Shown in pieces: positions 27,984 through 37,090 of a DNA stretch of 54,713 nucleotides. The notes under the pieces are model-generated. The model did not search any database, had not been told where the DNA came from, and saw nothing but the letters and a program-made list of their open reading frames with translations. The DNA lies in NCBI GenBank assembly GCA_037443035.1, contig JBBIPC010000023.1, positions 7,613 to 62,325 of the forward strand. Direction: 5' to 3'. The DNA comes from Chthonomonadales bacterium. GTDB taxonomy: Bacteria > Armatimonadota > Chthonomonadetes > Chthonomonadales > CAJBBX01. Within the stretch, counting starts at the first letter, position 1. Each line of letters opens with the position of its first letter. The position numbers and the translations under genes were made by a program.

Positions 27984-29219
27984 TCACAACCCCAGACGAA
28001 TCTTCTCGATCCTGGCGTTGACCGCCGCGAAACGTTCGGTCAGGATCTCCCACGGACTATCGTCTATCCGCACAAGACCATAGTTGCTGTTCTCGCCATC
28101 GAAACGCCCCTCCTTCGGCTCGTCGCACCATTCGAACCAGTGGTAACCGACGCAGCCCGGCATCCTGGCTAGGGATGTCACGTACCGTTCGTACCGGTCC
28201 GCCCGATCCTTCTGTGTCTCCACCGGAAAGCCGGCCCCCCGTGTGTTCGGAAGTCCGCTATCCTTCGCCTTGAAGGAAAACTCGGTGATCATGAAGGGGC
28301 GTCCCGTCGTCTTCACAATACGATCTAGGTTCCACGTGGGCGGATCGAAGCTGTAGTCGTTGTAGGAGACGACGTCCACATACCCACGTAGCCCCTCCAA
28401 GACCGGCTGAGGTGCGTAGCCTGCGAACCGGCAGCCGATGATCGCATGGTTGGGATCGGCGGCGCGGATGGCCTCCTTGCACACGCGGAAGTACTCGCTG
28501 GCCACCATGCGCAGGAACTCGGCCTTGTCTTCCTCCGTGGGGCTACCTGCGTGTCCACGTAGCTGCAAGAACCCTTCAGCCTTCTTGCGGCCGGGGGCAT
28601 CCTCCGGCATCTTGAGGAACGACTCCAGCAGGCTCTCCCGCGAGCGCCAATCCGGCCCCCACCGAAGCTCATTGTCCGTGAAGTACCCCAGGAGCCACGG
28701 ATCGTTCTTCAGAGGGGCGCATCTCGACATGGCCACCTTGCGAGCACCTTCCGCAAAGGCCGGATCGAAGACATCCACAACCCCGCCCCGAAGCCAGAGA
28801 TCCCTCGCAGCGCTGGCCGCGATGTCCACGATCGGCGCGTAGGCCAGTCCTTGCCGGTGCATCTCCTGGCTAGACCATGCGCCGACGGAGTTGAGCCCCC
28901 ACGCTTTCATACGTTCCGCTGTGGACCGTGCCCACGCATCGGCACTGCCGTACTTCTGCGCCGTCACACGCCCGTATGGCGAATAGCCCAGGCTCGGTGC
29001 GTTGTCAGCCACATACGACACATGGCACACACCCTTGCTGAAGAACGCATGGCCCTCAGGCGTAATCCACCACCACCTACCTCCTATCTCCTGCACATGG
29101 AAGTAGCCCGTCTTGCGTCCCTTCAGACCTGTCCATCCGCCGTAACGATCGTACACTCGTGTCTCCTTCTGGGCCATGGCCAGCATCGCCAAGGCCATTA
29201 CCGCTAGTGCCACACGCAT
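27984..29219 (-). CDS. GH50-like glycoside hydrolase (beta-agarase/beta-galactosidase-like), secreted
   Basis: DRYGGW..TGYFHV..GRWWWITPEG, DPWLLGYFTDNELRWG, ITEFSF, GYHWFEWCDEP, GENSNYGLV. Confidence 0.85.
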   Translation of the reverse strand: MRVALAVMALAMLAMAQKETRVYDRYGGWTGLKGRKTGYFHVQEIGGRWWWITPEGHAFFSKGVCHVSYVADNAPSLGYSPYGRVTAQKYGSADAWARSTAERMKAWGLNSVGAWSSQEMHRQGLAYAPIVDIAASAARDLWLRGGVVDVFDPAFAEGARKVAMSRCAPLKNDPWLLGYFTDNELRWGPDWRSRESLLESFLKMPEDAPGRKKAEGFLQLRGHAGSPTEEDKAEFLRMVASEYFRVCKEAIRAADPNHAIIGCRFAGYAPQPVLEGLRGYVDVVSYNDYSFDPPTWNLDRIVKTTGRPFMITEFSFKAKDSGLPNTRGAGFPVETQKDRADRYERYVTSLARMPGCVGYHWFEWCDEPKEGRFDGENSNYGLVRIDDSPWEILTERFAAVNARIEKIRLGL

Positions 29220-29246
29220 AGCGTGTTCCTCCTCGATTCTCGTCGG

Positions 29247-29945
29247 TCACTGCGCCCGCGCGATGCAGGCTGGTCCGTCATTGGCAGGGCTGTTCACGTA
29301 CCGAGACACGCGATATGCCTCCATCAGCGCTGCTGGATAGGGCCTCAGGAGCTGGAGAAGGACCTCTTCAGGGGAAGATCCGCCACCAGGACCTGCCCGA
29401 GCCCCTCGCACGTCCGCGAGCCACCTGCTCTCCTCGTCCGGGAGCAGGATGGCCGGCATGCGGTTATGGAGAGGTGAGACGACTTCGTTGGGCTCGACGG
29501 TGATAATGGTACACGAGACGAGCGGGCTCCCATCCGGGGACTCCCACGTCTCCCACAGGCCGGCCATGGCGAAAAGATCGGTATCTTTGCGTCGTATGTA
29601 GTAAGGCTGTGTCCCCGTTGCTGCCCGCTGCCATTCGTAGAACCCGTCCGCTGGGATCAAGCATCGGCGACGGGAGAGGGCGTACTTGAAGGAGGCCTTT
29701 TCCGCCAGCGTCTCAGCACGGGCGTTGATGAGTCGGCTCCCGATGGAGGGGTCCTTGGCCCAGAAGGGAACCAGCCCCCAGTGAGCCAGCAACAGCCTCC
29801 TCTCGCCCCGATCCTCCACGATGATAGGCACGCCTTGGCTTGGCGCGATGTTGTAACGTGGCCCATCCTCGAACGGTAGCGGTTCGACTCCGAAACGCTC
29901 GGCGACGGCATCCGCGGAATGGAGAATCGTGTACCGACCGCACAT
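29247..29945 (-). CDS. SOS response-associated peptidase (SRAP/HMCES family)
   Basis: MCGRY N-terminus, RYNIAPSQ, WGLVPFW, INARAET, GFYEW, HNRMP. Confidence 0.95.
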   Translation of the reverse strand: MCGRYTILHSADAVAERFGVEPLPFEDGPRYNIAPSQGVPIIVEDRGERRLLLAHWGLVPFWAKDPSIGSRLINARAETLAEKASFKYALSRRRCLIPADGFYEWQRAATGTQPYYIRRKDTDLFAMAGLWETWESPDGSPLVSCTIITVEPNEVVSPLHNRMPAILLPDEESRWLADVRGARAGPGGGSSPEEVLLQLLRPYPAALMEAYRVSRYVNSPANDGPACIARAQ

Positions 29946-29950
29946 GACTG

Positions 29951-30742
29951 CTACCCTAAGGGCACCGAGAAGCGACGGCGCCCTTGAAACCGCACGACGG
30001 ACCCATAGCCTGCGTCCCGAGCCAGCGCCATCGCACGCTCGAAGTCCCGAATGAGCTTACTGGGGTGATGCGCATCCGCCGTGATCACGATCGGTATCCC
30101 CCTCGCACGAGCTTCCGCGATGATCCAAGGAGCAGGGTAGATCTCTGCCCCTGTCTGGTACCATCCTGAAGTGTTCAGCTCCATGACCATGCCCGATGCT
30201 GCGATAGCGTCCAGTGCAGCCAGCACGTCCTCGGTGAGATCAGCTTGCGGCAAGGTGCCGAACTTCTTCGGTAGGTCCAGGTGCGCCGCAATATCGAAAC
30301 TACCCGTCGCTGCCATGTCGCACACGCGCCGGTAGTACGACTTCCATGTGGCGTCTACTTCTTCCTGTGTCAGGGAATCCCAGTATTTCCGGTGACCATC
30401 CACCGGGAAGCCGTCAATGAAGTGGACCGATCCAATGAGATAGTCGAATTCCACGTTACGGAGCATCGCCAGTGTCTCCTCGATTGTCTCGGGCAGGTAA
30501 TCCACTTCTATGCCGAGACGCACAGGAATGCTCGCATGCTGGGCCGCCGTTCTTACATCCGCTACGTAAGACTCCAGCTCCTCCACTGGCATGCTCCAGT
30601 CCATGCGGCGGTAGCCCGGATAGACGACATAGTGATCGGAGATACCGACCTCGTCCAAGCCCATGGCCTCGGCCGTCTGGATGACCTCTGCCACGGTTCC
30701 CACGCCATCGCTCCAGCATGTGTGCACATGGTAACTCGTCAC
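29951..30742 (-). CDS. Histidinol-phosphatase, HisJ family (PHP domain)
   Basis: YHVHT, GISDH, LGIEVD, IGSVHF, AHLDLPKKF, ELNTSG, ADAH; start GTG 30742 or ATG 30775. Confidence 0.88.
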   Translation of the reverse strand: MTSYHVHTCWSDGVGTVAEVIQTAEAMGLDEVGISDHYVVYPGYRRMDWSMPVEELESYVADVRTAAQHASIPVRLGIEVDYLPETIEETLAMLRNVEFDYLIGSVHFIDGFPVDGHRKYWDSLTQEEVDATWKSYYRRVCDMAATGSFDIAAHLDLPKKFGTLPQADLTEDVLAALDAIAASGMVMELNTSGWYQTGAEIYPAPWIIAEARARGIPIVITADAHHPSKLIRDFERAMALARDAGYGSVVRFQGRRRFSVPLG

Positions 30743-30761
30743 GCTCCTTGGCCCCTCTCCG

Positions 30762-33311
30762 CTAGTCGTCGTCATCCATCCGTACGCGTAGCCCGGACCG
30801 CGATGATGGTTCTGGCACGTTCGGTCCTTTCACGGCATGCCACAGGATGTGGTTCAGGACCGCGTCGGGCACGGCATCGGCCTGCGCGAAGTTCAGCCTG
30901 GCGCTCCAGTCCGAGCGGAAGGCTGTGGCACCGTTCACCTCAGCGACAATCTCCCGACCAGGAAGGATCGCCGTGTAGGGCTCCAGATTCTCCGGCTTCA
31001 CCGTGAAGCAGTCCATGGGATCCGCCACCGCGTCGTATTGGCACATGGGCGGTAGACCGAGGAGCAGTTCCATGGTACGCAACATGCTATCCGTGTTGTA
31101 GAACCTGCTGTCCACAGCTCCCCGTTTGCAGAACGGGCTGATGACGAAAGCGATGGAGCGATGGGCGTCCACATGGTCGTGGCCTGCCTGGGCATCGTCC
31201 TCCAGGATGAAGATCGCCGATTTCTTCCAGTACGGGCTATGGCTGATGGCCTCCACGACCTGCCCCACGGCATAGTCATTATCGGCCACCATCGCTCTCG
31301 GCGAGCTGAAGCCCACAGCCGTCCCTTGGGTGTGATCGCGTGGCAGCCGGATCATCACGAAGCGAGGCAGGTTGCCTTTCCGGACGTATTCGTCGAAATC
31401 CGCCTTCCAAACCTCGAACCTGCTCCGGGCGCTTCCTGAACCGAAGCTGCGCTTCTGTTTCGGTGCAGGGCAACCGTACCGAACCCACGCGTCGCTGTCC
31501 GCATAACTCATGTCGAACTGGAGGTAGTCCTCGTTCGTGTATGGCTTCAAGGCGGCGCGGAGAGCGGCGTTCGGACTGGCCAGGGATCGGCCCTGGGCGT
31601 CTTTCTCCTCGGCCCCGATGTCACTGACGAAGAAGCCATAGTTGCGCAGCGAGACGCCCCGCTTCAAGCAGAGATCCCAGATGTAGCCACCGGGAGACGT
31701 GGCCACATCAGGAAGACCCATGAGATCCACGGGTGAACCGTTGTTCGAGCCTTCGTAGTCGTACGCCCGTCCTCGTCCACTGTAGCCATACATTGCATTG
31801 CGCGCCGTGTACTCATTGGCCATCCCCGACGTGGACCAGTTCCATCCGTCCGCCGACACATCGGCAGCACAGTAGAAGTTGTCGAAGAGGCCGAAACGCT
31901 CCGCCAACGCATGCTGATTAGGGGTTACCGCACGGGGAAACAGGCAGAGGTTCGCATCACCGTTCCCTTGCGGCAAGTCGCCCAGGACCTGGTCATAGGT
32001 CCGGTTCTCCTTGATGATGTAGAACACATGCTTGATGCCCGGGTTCTTGATCCCGGTCCTGCGCGCGCTGGAAATGCGGTTGTTCGTTAGGACCTGCAGC
32101 GTCTCTCCGGTTAGGCTCGCGTCGGATGGAATGTCTAGCACCGAGACGCTTCCCTCGATGATGTTCGCGACGTATTGACCCCATGTACCTCCTGGCCCCA
32201 CCGGCTTGCTGTTAGGGTTCCGCTCCTGCGTACCACGAGCGTTCGCCACGAGCAGACGCAAGCCATCGGGCGAGACCGCTACCGACGTGGGATACCATCC
32301 GACTGGAATCAGCCCGACCAGGCGGGCCTTTGCCACATCCACCACCGCCACGGCGTTCATGTCGGCCAGAGCAACGTAGAGCCGGCATTCGTCGGGCGAG
32401 AGGGCCATTCCGAGAGGCGTTACCCCCGGAAGACCCCGGAGATCGTTCGGCCTCAACAGAATGGTCTCCACCACCCGGTCGCTACGAGTCTCGACGACGC
32501 TCACCGTATCGCTGCCCGCATTGGACACATACAGATGTCGCTGCGACTTGTCCAGCAAGAGCGCCGTCGGATGGGAACCCGTGCGGATCTGCCGTACTAC
32601 CGTGCCCGAGACCGGATCCACCACACTGACGACCGCATCCCGTTCGCTCGAGACGTAGACCTTGCGGTCGGCATCGGGACCGACCGTCAGGGCGGCCACT
32701 GCATAGGGGAATCCCGCCACGGCAACGGCATGCAGACGACGTCCGGAGCGAGTCTCCAGGATACTCAGCGTCCCCCTCATGGCGGTATGCCGCGACGTCA
32801 TGTTGCCTGCCGCATAGAGTCGCGCACCATCGGAGCTTAGCGCCACGCCGGCGATGACATCACGCGGCGCCTTGGAGCCACCCGGCCGCGGCACCGCGAT
32901 GCTCGTCTCGCCATCCCTCAGAGTGCCGTCATGGTCCACGAGAAACGTGCTCACGCGTTCCTCGGACCCACGCGAGGCCCACAGAACCTGGCCATCGGCA
33001 GTCTCCACACCCGGCGCTAGACCGTAGTAGAGACCCTCTTTCAGGCCATCTCGCGACCCGTTCAGCTCGCGTCGTCCCGTGATCTTCCCCGTGGACGTAT
33101 CTATGACCGTGAGCGCCTGCCGAAAACCAGCGTTGCTCACTACCACGTAGCGACCGCCCAGCACGGGTACCATGTTCGCCGGGAAGCTGCCGACGGGCAC
33201 ATGGGCACCTCGAGGGGTGATGAGCTTGCCCGTCGGCAGAGGTTCTCGAGACTGGGCAGCCCCAGGTGTTGTCAGGGCAATGGGAAGAATGAGAATCCAT
33301 CGCAATCGCAC
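30762..33311 (-). CDS. YncE/YVTN beta-propeller plus phosphoesterase (alkaline-phosphatase-like) fusion
   Basis: YVSNAGSDTVSVV and IPVGWYP repeats; IKHVFYIIKENRTYDQVLGD, EDDAQAGHDHVDAHRS; AAGGAG 7 nt before GTG 33311. Confidence 0.9.
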   Translation of the reverse strand: MRLRWILILPIALTTPGAAQSREPLPTGKLITPRGAHVPVGSFPANMVPVLGGRYVVVSNAGFRQALTVIDTSTGKITGRRELNGSRDGLKEGLYYGLAPGVETADGQVLWASRGSEERVSTFLVDHDGTLRDGETSIAVPRPGGSKAPRDVIAGVALSSDGARLYAAGNMTSRHTAMRGTLSILETRSGRRLHAVAVAGFPYAVAALTVGPDADRKVYVSSERDAVVSVVDPVSGTVVRQIRTGSHPTALLLDKSQRHLYVSNAGSDTVSVVETRSDRVVETILLRPNDLRGLPGVTPLGMALSPDECRLYVALADMNAVAVVDVAKARLVGLIPVGWYPTSVAVSPDGLRLLVANARGTQERNPNSKPVGPGGTWGQYVANIIEGSVSVLDIPSDASLTGETLQVLTNNRISSARRTGIKNPGIKHVFYIIKENRTYDQVLGDLPQGNGDANLCLFPRAVTPNQHALAERFGLFDNFYCAADVSADGWNWSTSGMANEYTARNAMYGYSGRGRAYDYEGSNNGSPVDLMGLPDVATSPGGYIWDLCLKRGVSLRNYGFFVSDIGAEEKDAQGRSLASPNAALRAALKPYTNEDYLQFDMSYADSDAWVRYGCPAPKQKRSFGSGSARSRFEVWKADFDEYVRKGNLPRFVMIRLPRDHTQGTAVGFSSPRAMVADNDYAVGQVVEAISHSPYWKKSAIFILEDDAQAGHDHVDAHRSIAFVISPFCKRGAVDSRFYNTDSMLRTMELLLGLPPMCQYDAVADPMDCFTVKPENLEPYTAILPGREIVAEVNGATAFRSDWSARLNFAQADAVPDAVLNHILWHAVKGPNVPEPSSRSGLRVRMDDDD

Positions 33312-33418
33312 GTCCGTTCTCCTTCGGGAAGCTGCCATGAGTCTACCCGCAGCACAGCCCTGCAGACGGCCCGGCACCGTGCCATGATGGATGCCGTGCA
33401 CTTGCCGTTGGCATCTAC

Positions 33419-34459
33419 CTATCTGCGCCAGTGCTTGCTCAGGTAGTCGAAGTACCAGAGGGCGTTGTCCACTGGAACGTTGCTGGGGATGTGATTCCCT
33501 ACGGCGAAGACGAAACCCGGGCACCGACGCGCGAGCGGCAGCGTTGCATCCACTTCCGCCTGGATGTCGTCCTTCGTCCCGAATGTCAGCGTCCGGCAAT
33601 CCACTTTGCTGCTCATGATCACGTGCGTCCGGCCGTACTTCTCCACGGTGTAATCGAGGTCCGTTAGCGGCTCGAAGATGAACCCATCGGCTCCGGCAGC
33701 AGCGATGTCGTCAATGAACGGTGTCCAGTTTCCGTCCGAGCAGAACAGCACGATCTTGCCGGCCTCATGTAGCACCTCCCAGAGTCGTCGGAACCGGGGG
33801 ATGATGACGGACCGATAGAACGACGGATGCATGAAGGGACCGGCAGTCCACACGAAGTCGTCGTGGTCGATGAAGACCGGCGCCGAAGTGCGAGCCCATG
33901 CTTTGAAGTGGTGGAGGCTGAGCTCGAAGAAACTGTCGAGCACTTTCGCGAAGCGTTCGCGGTCCGACGCGGCCGCCAGCAGCATGTCCCAGCCAAAGGC
34001 CTGTATCGCGCCCGACACGATAGTCTTGTAATAGCCCGCCGTCACGATCTGGTGGGGGTTCGCCTCCTGCGCCGAGCGGTAGCTCTGCTCATAGTACTTG
34101 GTCAGCTCAGCGAGGTCCAGCAAGCCGTACTCGGCTACAGCGTCGAACTCCCAGACCTCTTCAACGCTCTGGAAGGGACACACGACCGTGTCCCGCCGGT
34201 CAATACCCCCCTCCAGAAACTCTGCGTGGCCCATGTCGGTGACCCTACCGCGTTGTGCCCAGTCCACCGGTCCATCGTTGGTGGACCACAGGAAATCCAG
34301 CTCCCATGCGTCGTTGAACTCACGCCACGCAGAACTATCTTCGCGCGGGTCCTTGCCGGTAACGGCTCGGATAAGGGCGTAGTTGCTGTGGTATTCCGTG
34401 TGGGCAATCCGCTCGGCGACCTGCAAGCGCATGGCCGCCATGCCGACGTCATAGCTCAT
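33419..34459 (-). CDS. URO-D/MtaA-CmuA superfamily protein (second, divergent paralogue)
   Basis: HDDFVW, GKIVLFCSDGN, GADGFIFEP, LTFGTKDDI, GNHIPSNVPVDN. Confidence 0.8.
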   Translation of the reverse strand: MSYDVGMAAMRLQVAERIAHTEYHSNYALIRAVTGKDPREDSSAWREFNDAWELDFLWSTNDGPVDWAQRGRVTDMGHAEFLEGGIDRRDTVVCPFQSVEEVWEFDAVAEYGLLDLAELTKYYEQSYRSAQEANPHQIVTAGYYKTIVSGAIQAFGWDMLLAAASDRERFAKVLDSFFELSLHHFKAWARTSAPVFIDHDDFVWTAGPFMHPSFYRSVIIPRFRRLWEVLHEAGKIVLFCSDGNWTPFIDDIAAAGADGFIFEPLTDLDYTVEKYGRTHVIMSSKVDCRTLTFGTKDDIQAEVDATLPLARRCPGFVFAVGNHIPSNVPVDNALWYFDYLSKHWRR

Positions 34460-34553
34460 CTACCAGTCCTCACGGTGGGTTGGGCACCACCTGCTCGGTG
34501 ACAGAATACCCCCTCCGAGCAGGCTGAGGACCATTTCGCTGCCGTCTGCCAGA

Positions 34554-36275
34554 CTATCTCCAGAAGTGATGCCAAGCGTAACCCAGTTCCAGGGACTGAC
34601 CTGGTTGAATGCTCACTTTCCACGTGAAGCGGCCGAAGCCGTTCACCTGGGACCACCAGTCGGGCCACGGGATGCGCCACCCGCTTGCCTCGTCACCGGC
34701 AGTCTCGTCCCCGTACGGATCGAGGTTGACTGCCTCGCCGCCAGCCTCTGCCCGGTCCACATGGCCCACTACGTATCGCGTAACCTCCACATCCACTGCC
34801 TCCGCACGGTAGTTCGTGAGAGTGATCTTGCCCGCCGAGTCCGTCCTGCCGAAGGTCACGTTGTTCAGCGTCATGGCGCTTGGGATACGTCCCGTCTCCG
34901 TGTCTGTCCGCTTGACTCGGATATCCACGGCCGTTGTGAGCGGCAGATCGCTGCTGGCGCCTCTGGCGGTGTAGGTCAGCATCCCCTGCGCGAGAACTCG
35001 CCCGTCTGACAGAATGAGCGCTGGAGCCGTTGTCAGTGGATAGGCGCTGCTGTTCGTCAGGCGTAGCTGATGGAGGACCTTCGGCGATGCCATGGCCCGG
35101 AGATACGCCGCTTCCGCGGGCCCTGGCGCAGAAGGCATGGCTTCACGCGGCGGTGAGTAGGGAATAACCAGCGTATACACGTCCTTGTACGGAATCGTGA
35201 AATCCGCCACCGGCACGACCATCCGTGCGCCCTTCTTCAGTGTCACACCCTTGACCGTGAACACGTAATAGTCCTCGCTCTTCTGACCGCTGACCACATC
35301 GGGCATGGCATCCGCTCCTCCGTCTGCCACAGCTCCGGTACGTTCCGACATACGGCCCGCCTGTCCCATGAGGGCATTGGATAGCACCTGCGAGGCACGT
35401 GAACCCTTGTCGAAGTACGGTGAGAGCTGCGCGAACGTGTTCTGGAGCGACATCGGGTCCGGCGTGTGCTCGTAGGCGAAGCTCGGCACGCCAATGACCA
35501 GGTGGACGGTGGCGTCTTTCAGGTCCAGCATCTCGTTGATCAGCGTGGCCTGCATGCGCACTCCAGCCGTGCCTTTGCCGTCTATGTTGACCTGGTAGCT
35601 GGGTATCCAACGAATGCCGCGTTGGACGTACATCAGGCCGACGTTCGCCTGGCTGCCCTTCGACACTCCTGGCACCGCCAGCGACAGGACATTGCGGAAC
35701 TCCTCTTGCGCCAGCTTGTCCTTAGGCGGATTCTTGAACGCCACGCTGTCTATCCGGTCCGCTGGCACTGTGAGCACTCCGCGTTCCGTCTGGACGAGGA
35801 GCACGTTGGAGCGTTCCGGCAACTTGGGGTCCGAGTTGGGCGGGTCAGTGGCCTCCTGCTCGGCTGCAGAGCGTGTGAGGAAGCCTACGATCCGTGCGCT
35901 GTAAGGCTTCCCGCCCTTCTCGCGCAGCATGACCTGCGCACCAGGATTCGCGGCGATGAGGTCCTGGACCGTGAGCGCCGTGCGCTCCACTACGACGCGT
36001 CGGATTCCTGCCGTGACCGTTCTCGCCGGCGTGTTCGGATCGGCGGAATAGGCCCAGAATGTCCCGAGGATAGGCGTCGGTAGGTAGTCCATTCGGACCT
36101 CCCCGTCCGTCTCCACCAGTACCTTGCCCTCGTGAATGACGTAGGCGTGTCCGTCCTTGAACACCGTGACTTCGCGCACGGGCAGACGGCTGAGGGCGCT
36201 GAGCTGCGGCGCCTGGCCCATGCCCGCCCCAGCGCTCAGTGAGAGCGCAACCGCAACGACGAGTTGCCTAACCAT
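34554..36275 (-). CDS. Secreted DUF4139/DUF4140-like protein
   Basis: Signal peptide; EVTVFKDG N-terminus; GIRWIPSY, LTNSSAYPLTTAPA, WKVSIQPGQSLELGY; AGGAGGAG 6 nt before ATG. Confidence 0.7.
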   Translation of the reverse strand: MVRQLVVAVALSLSAGAGMGQAPQLSALSRLPVREVTVFKDGHAYVIHEGKVLVETDGEVRMDYLPTPILGTFWAYSADPNTPARTVTAGIRRVVVERTALTVQDLIAANPGAQVMLREKGGKPYSARIVGFLTRSAAEQEATDPPNSDPKLPERSNVLLVQTERGVLTVPADRIDSVAFKNPPKDKLAQEEFRNVLSLAVPGVSKGSQANVGLMYVQRGIRWIPSYQVNIDGKGTAGVRMQATLINEMLDLKDATVHLVIGVPSFAYEHTPDPMSLQNTFAQLSPYFDKGSRASQVLSNALMGQAGRMSERTGAVADGGADAMPDVVSGQKSEDYYVFTVKGVTLKKGARMVVPVADFTIPYKDVYTLVIPYSPPREAMPSAPGPAEAAYLRAMASPKVLHQLRLTNSSAYPLTTAPALILSDGRVLAQGMLTYTARGASSDLPLTTAVDIRVKRTDTETGRIPSAMTLNNVTFGRTDSAGKITLTNYRAEAVDVEVTRYVVGHVDRAEAGGEAVNLDPYGDETAGDEASGWRIPWPDWWSQVNGFGRFTWKVSIQPGQSLELGYAWHHFWR

Positions 36276-36333
36276 GAGACGCTCCTCCTGCGGCAACGAT
36301 ACTGCAGGTTAGACAGAAGGAGCGCTTGGGGGG

Positions 36334-37044
36334 TTACGGACCGAAGATGGCACCTGCCCCGGGCGGAGGCTGGATCTCCTTGAACCCCCGCGGCGGCTTG
36401 TAGGTGAACACCTTGTCGGCTATTTCCCCGTCGAAGGTCTCCTCCTTCACGGTGATGGTGGAGACAGTCGTGATGAAGGCGACAACGTCTGTCACCACGA
36501 TCCTGCGAACGTGGTAGGATGCGGCGTCCACCTCCATTCGAATCGTGCCTCCCTGGTCACGGTCCGATTCCAAGGCAATGTACTTCTTGCCGTCCGCTTC
36601 CACATCCGCCACGCGGCGCACGGGGCCTGCGGCAGCCATCTGCGGGAAGAACATGAGGGGCGTATACTTGGGTTCTTTGGGCAGCGGAAGCTTGAAGTAG
36701 AACTTCTCCGTCGTGTTCTGGTACCACGCCGATTGGCCATCGAGGACCACCAACAACTCCGGCACGGACCGTTCTCCGGACGGCTTCTTGCCTTTCGGAA
36801 CGGCGACGCGGAAGAGAACCCTGGCTGGTGCCTTCGCCTTGATCTCGATCTCCATCTCCTGCGTGGATTGGCCGCGTGTCAGCGTGTAAGACCAAAGCGA
36901 CTGGTAGGTCTTGGCGGCGGCGTAGGTATCCAGCGCCTTCTGCAGGATCTCCTGCGGCGTCGGCCCGGCAGGCTCCTGCGGCGGCGACTGCACCCCAGTC
37001 TGCAACATCACCATCGCCATCCACAAACACACCATCGGCATCAT
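36334..37044 (-). CDS. LolA-fold/DUF2092-like periplasmic protein
   Basis: Signal peptide; LVVLDGQSAWYQ; C-terminal FTYKPPRG typical of the LolA-like fold. Confidence 0.7.
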   Translation of the reverse strand: MMPMVCLWMAMVMLQTGVQSPPQEPAGPTPQEILQKALDTYAAAKTYQSLWSYTLTRGQSTQEMEIEIKAKAPARVLFRVAVPKGKKPSGERSVPELLVVLDGQSAWYQNTTEKFYFKLPLPKEPKYTPLMFFPQMAAAGPVRRVADVEADGKKYIALESDRDQGGTIRMEVDAASYHVRRIVVTDVVAFITTVSTITVKEETFDGEIADKVFTYKPPRGFKEIQPPPGAGAIFGP

Positions 37045-37090
37045 ATTCCGTTACCCTCCTGCATCAGGACGAGCCGTCTCCGCCACGGGA

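Noticed and set aside
33312..33599. N-terminal extension of the YncE/phosphoesterase ORF
   Set aside because: Overlaps the URO-D-like gene; the SD and signal peptide support a start at 33311
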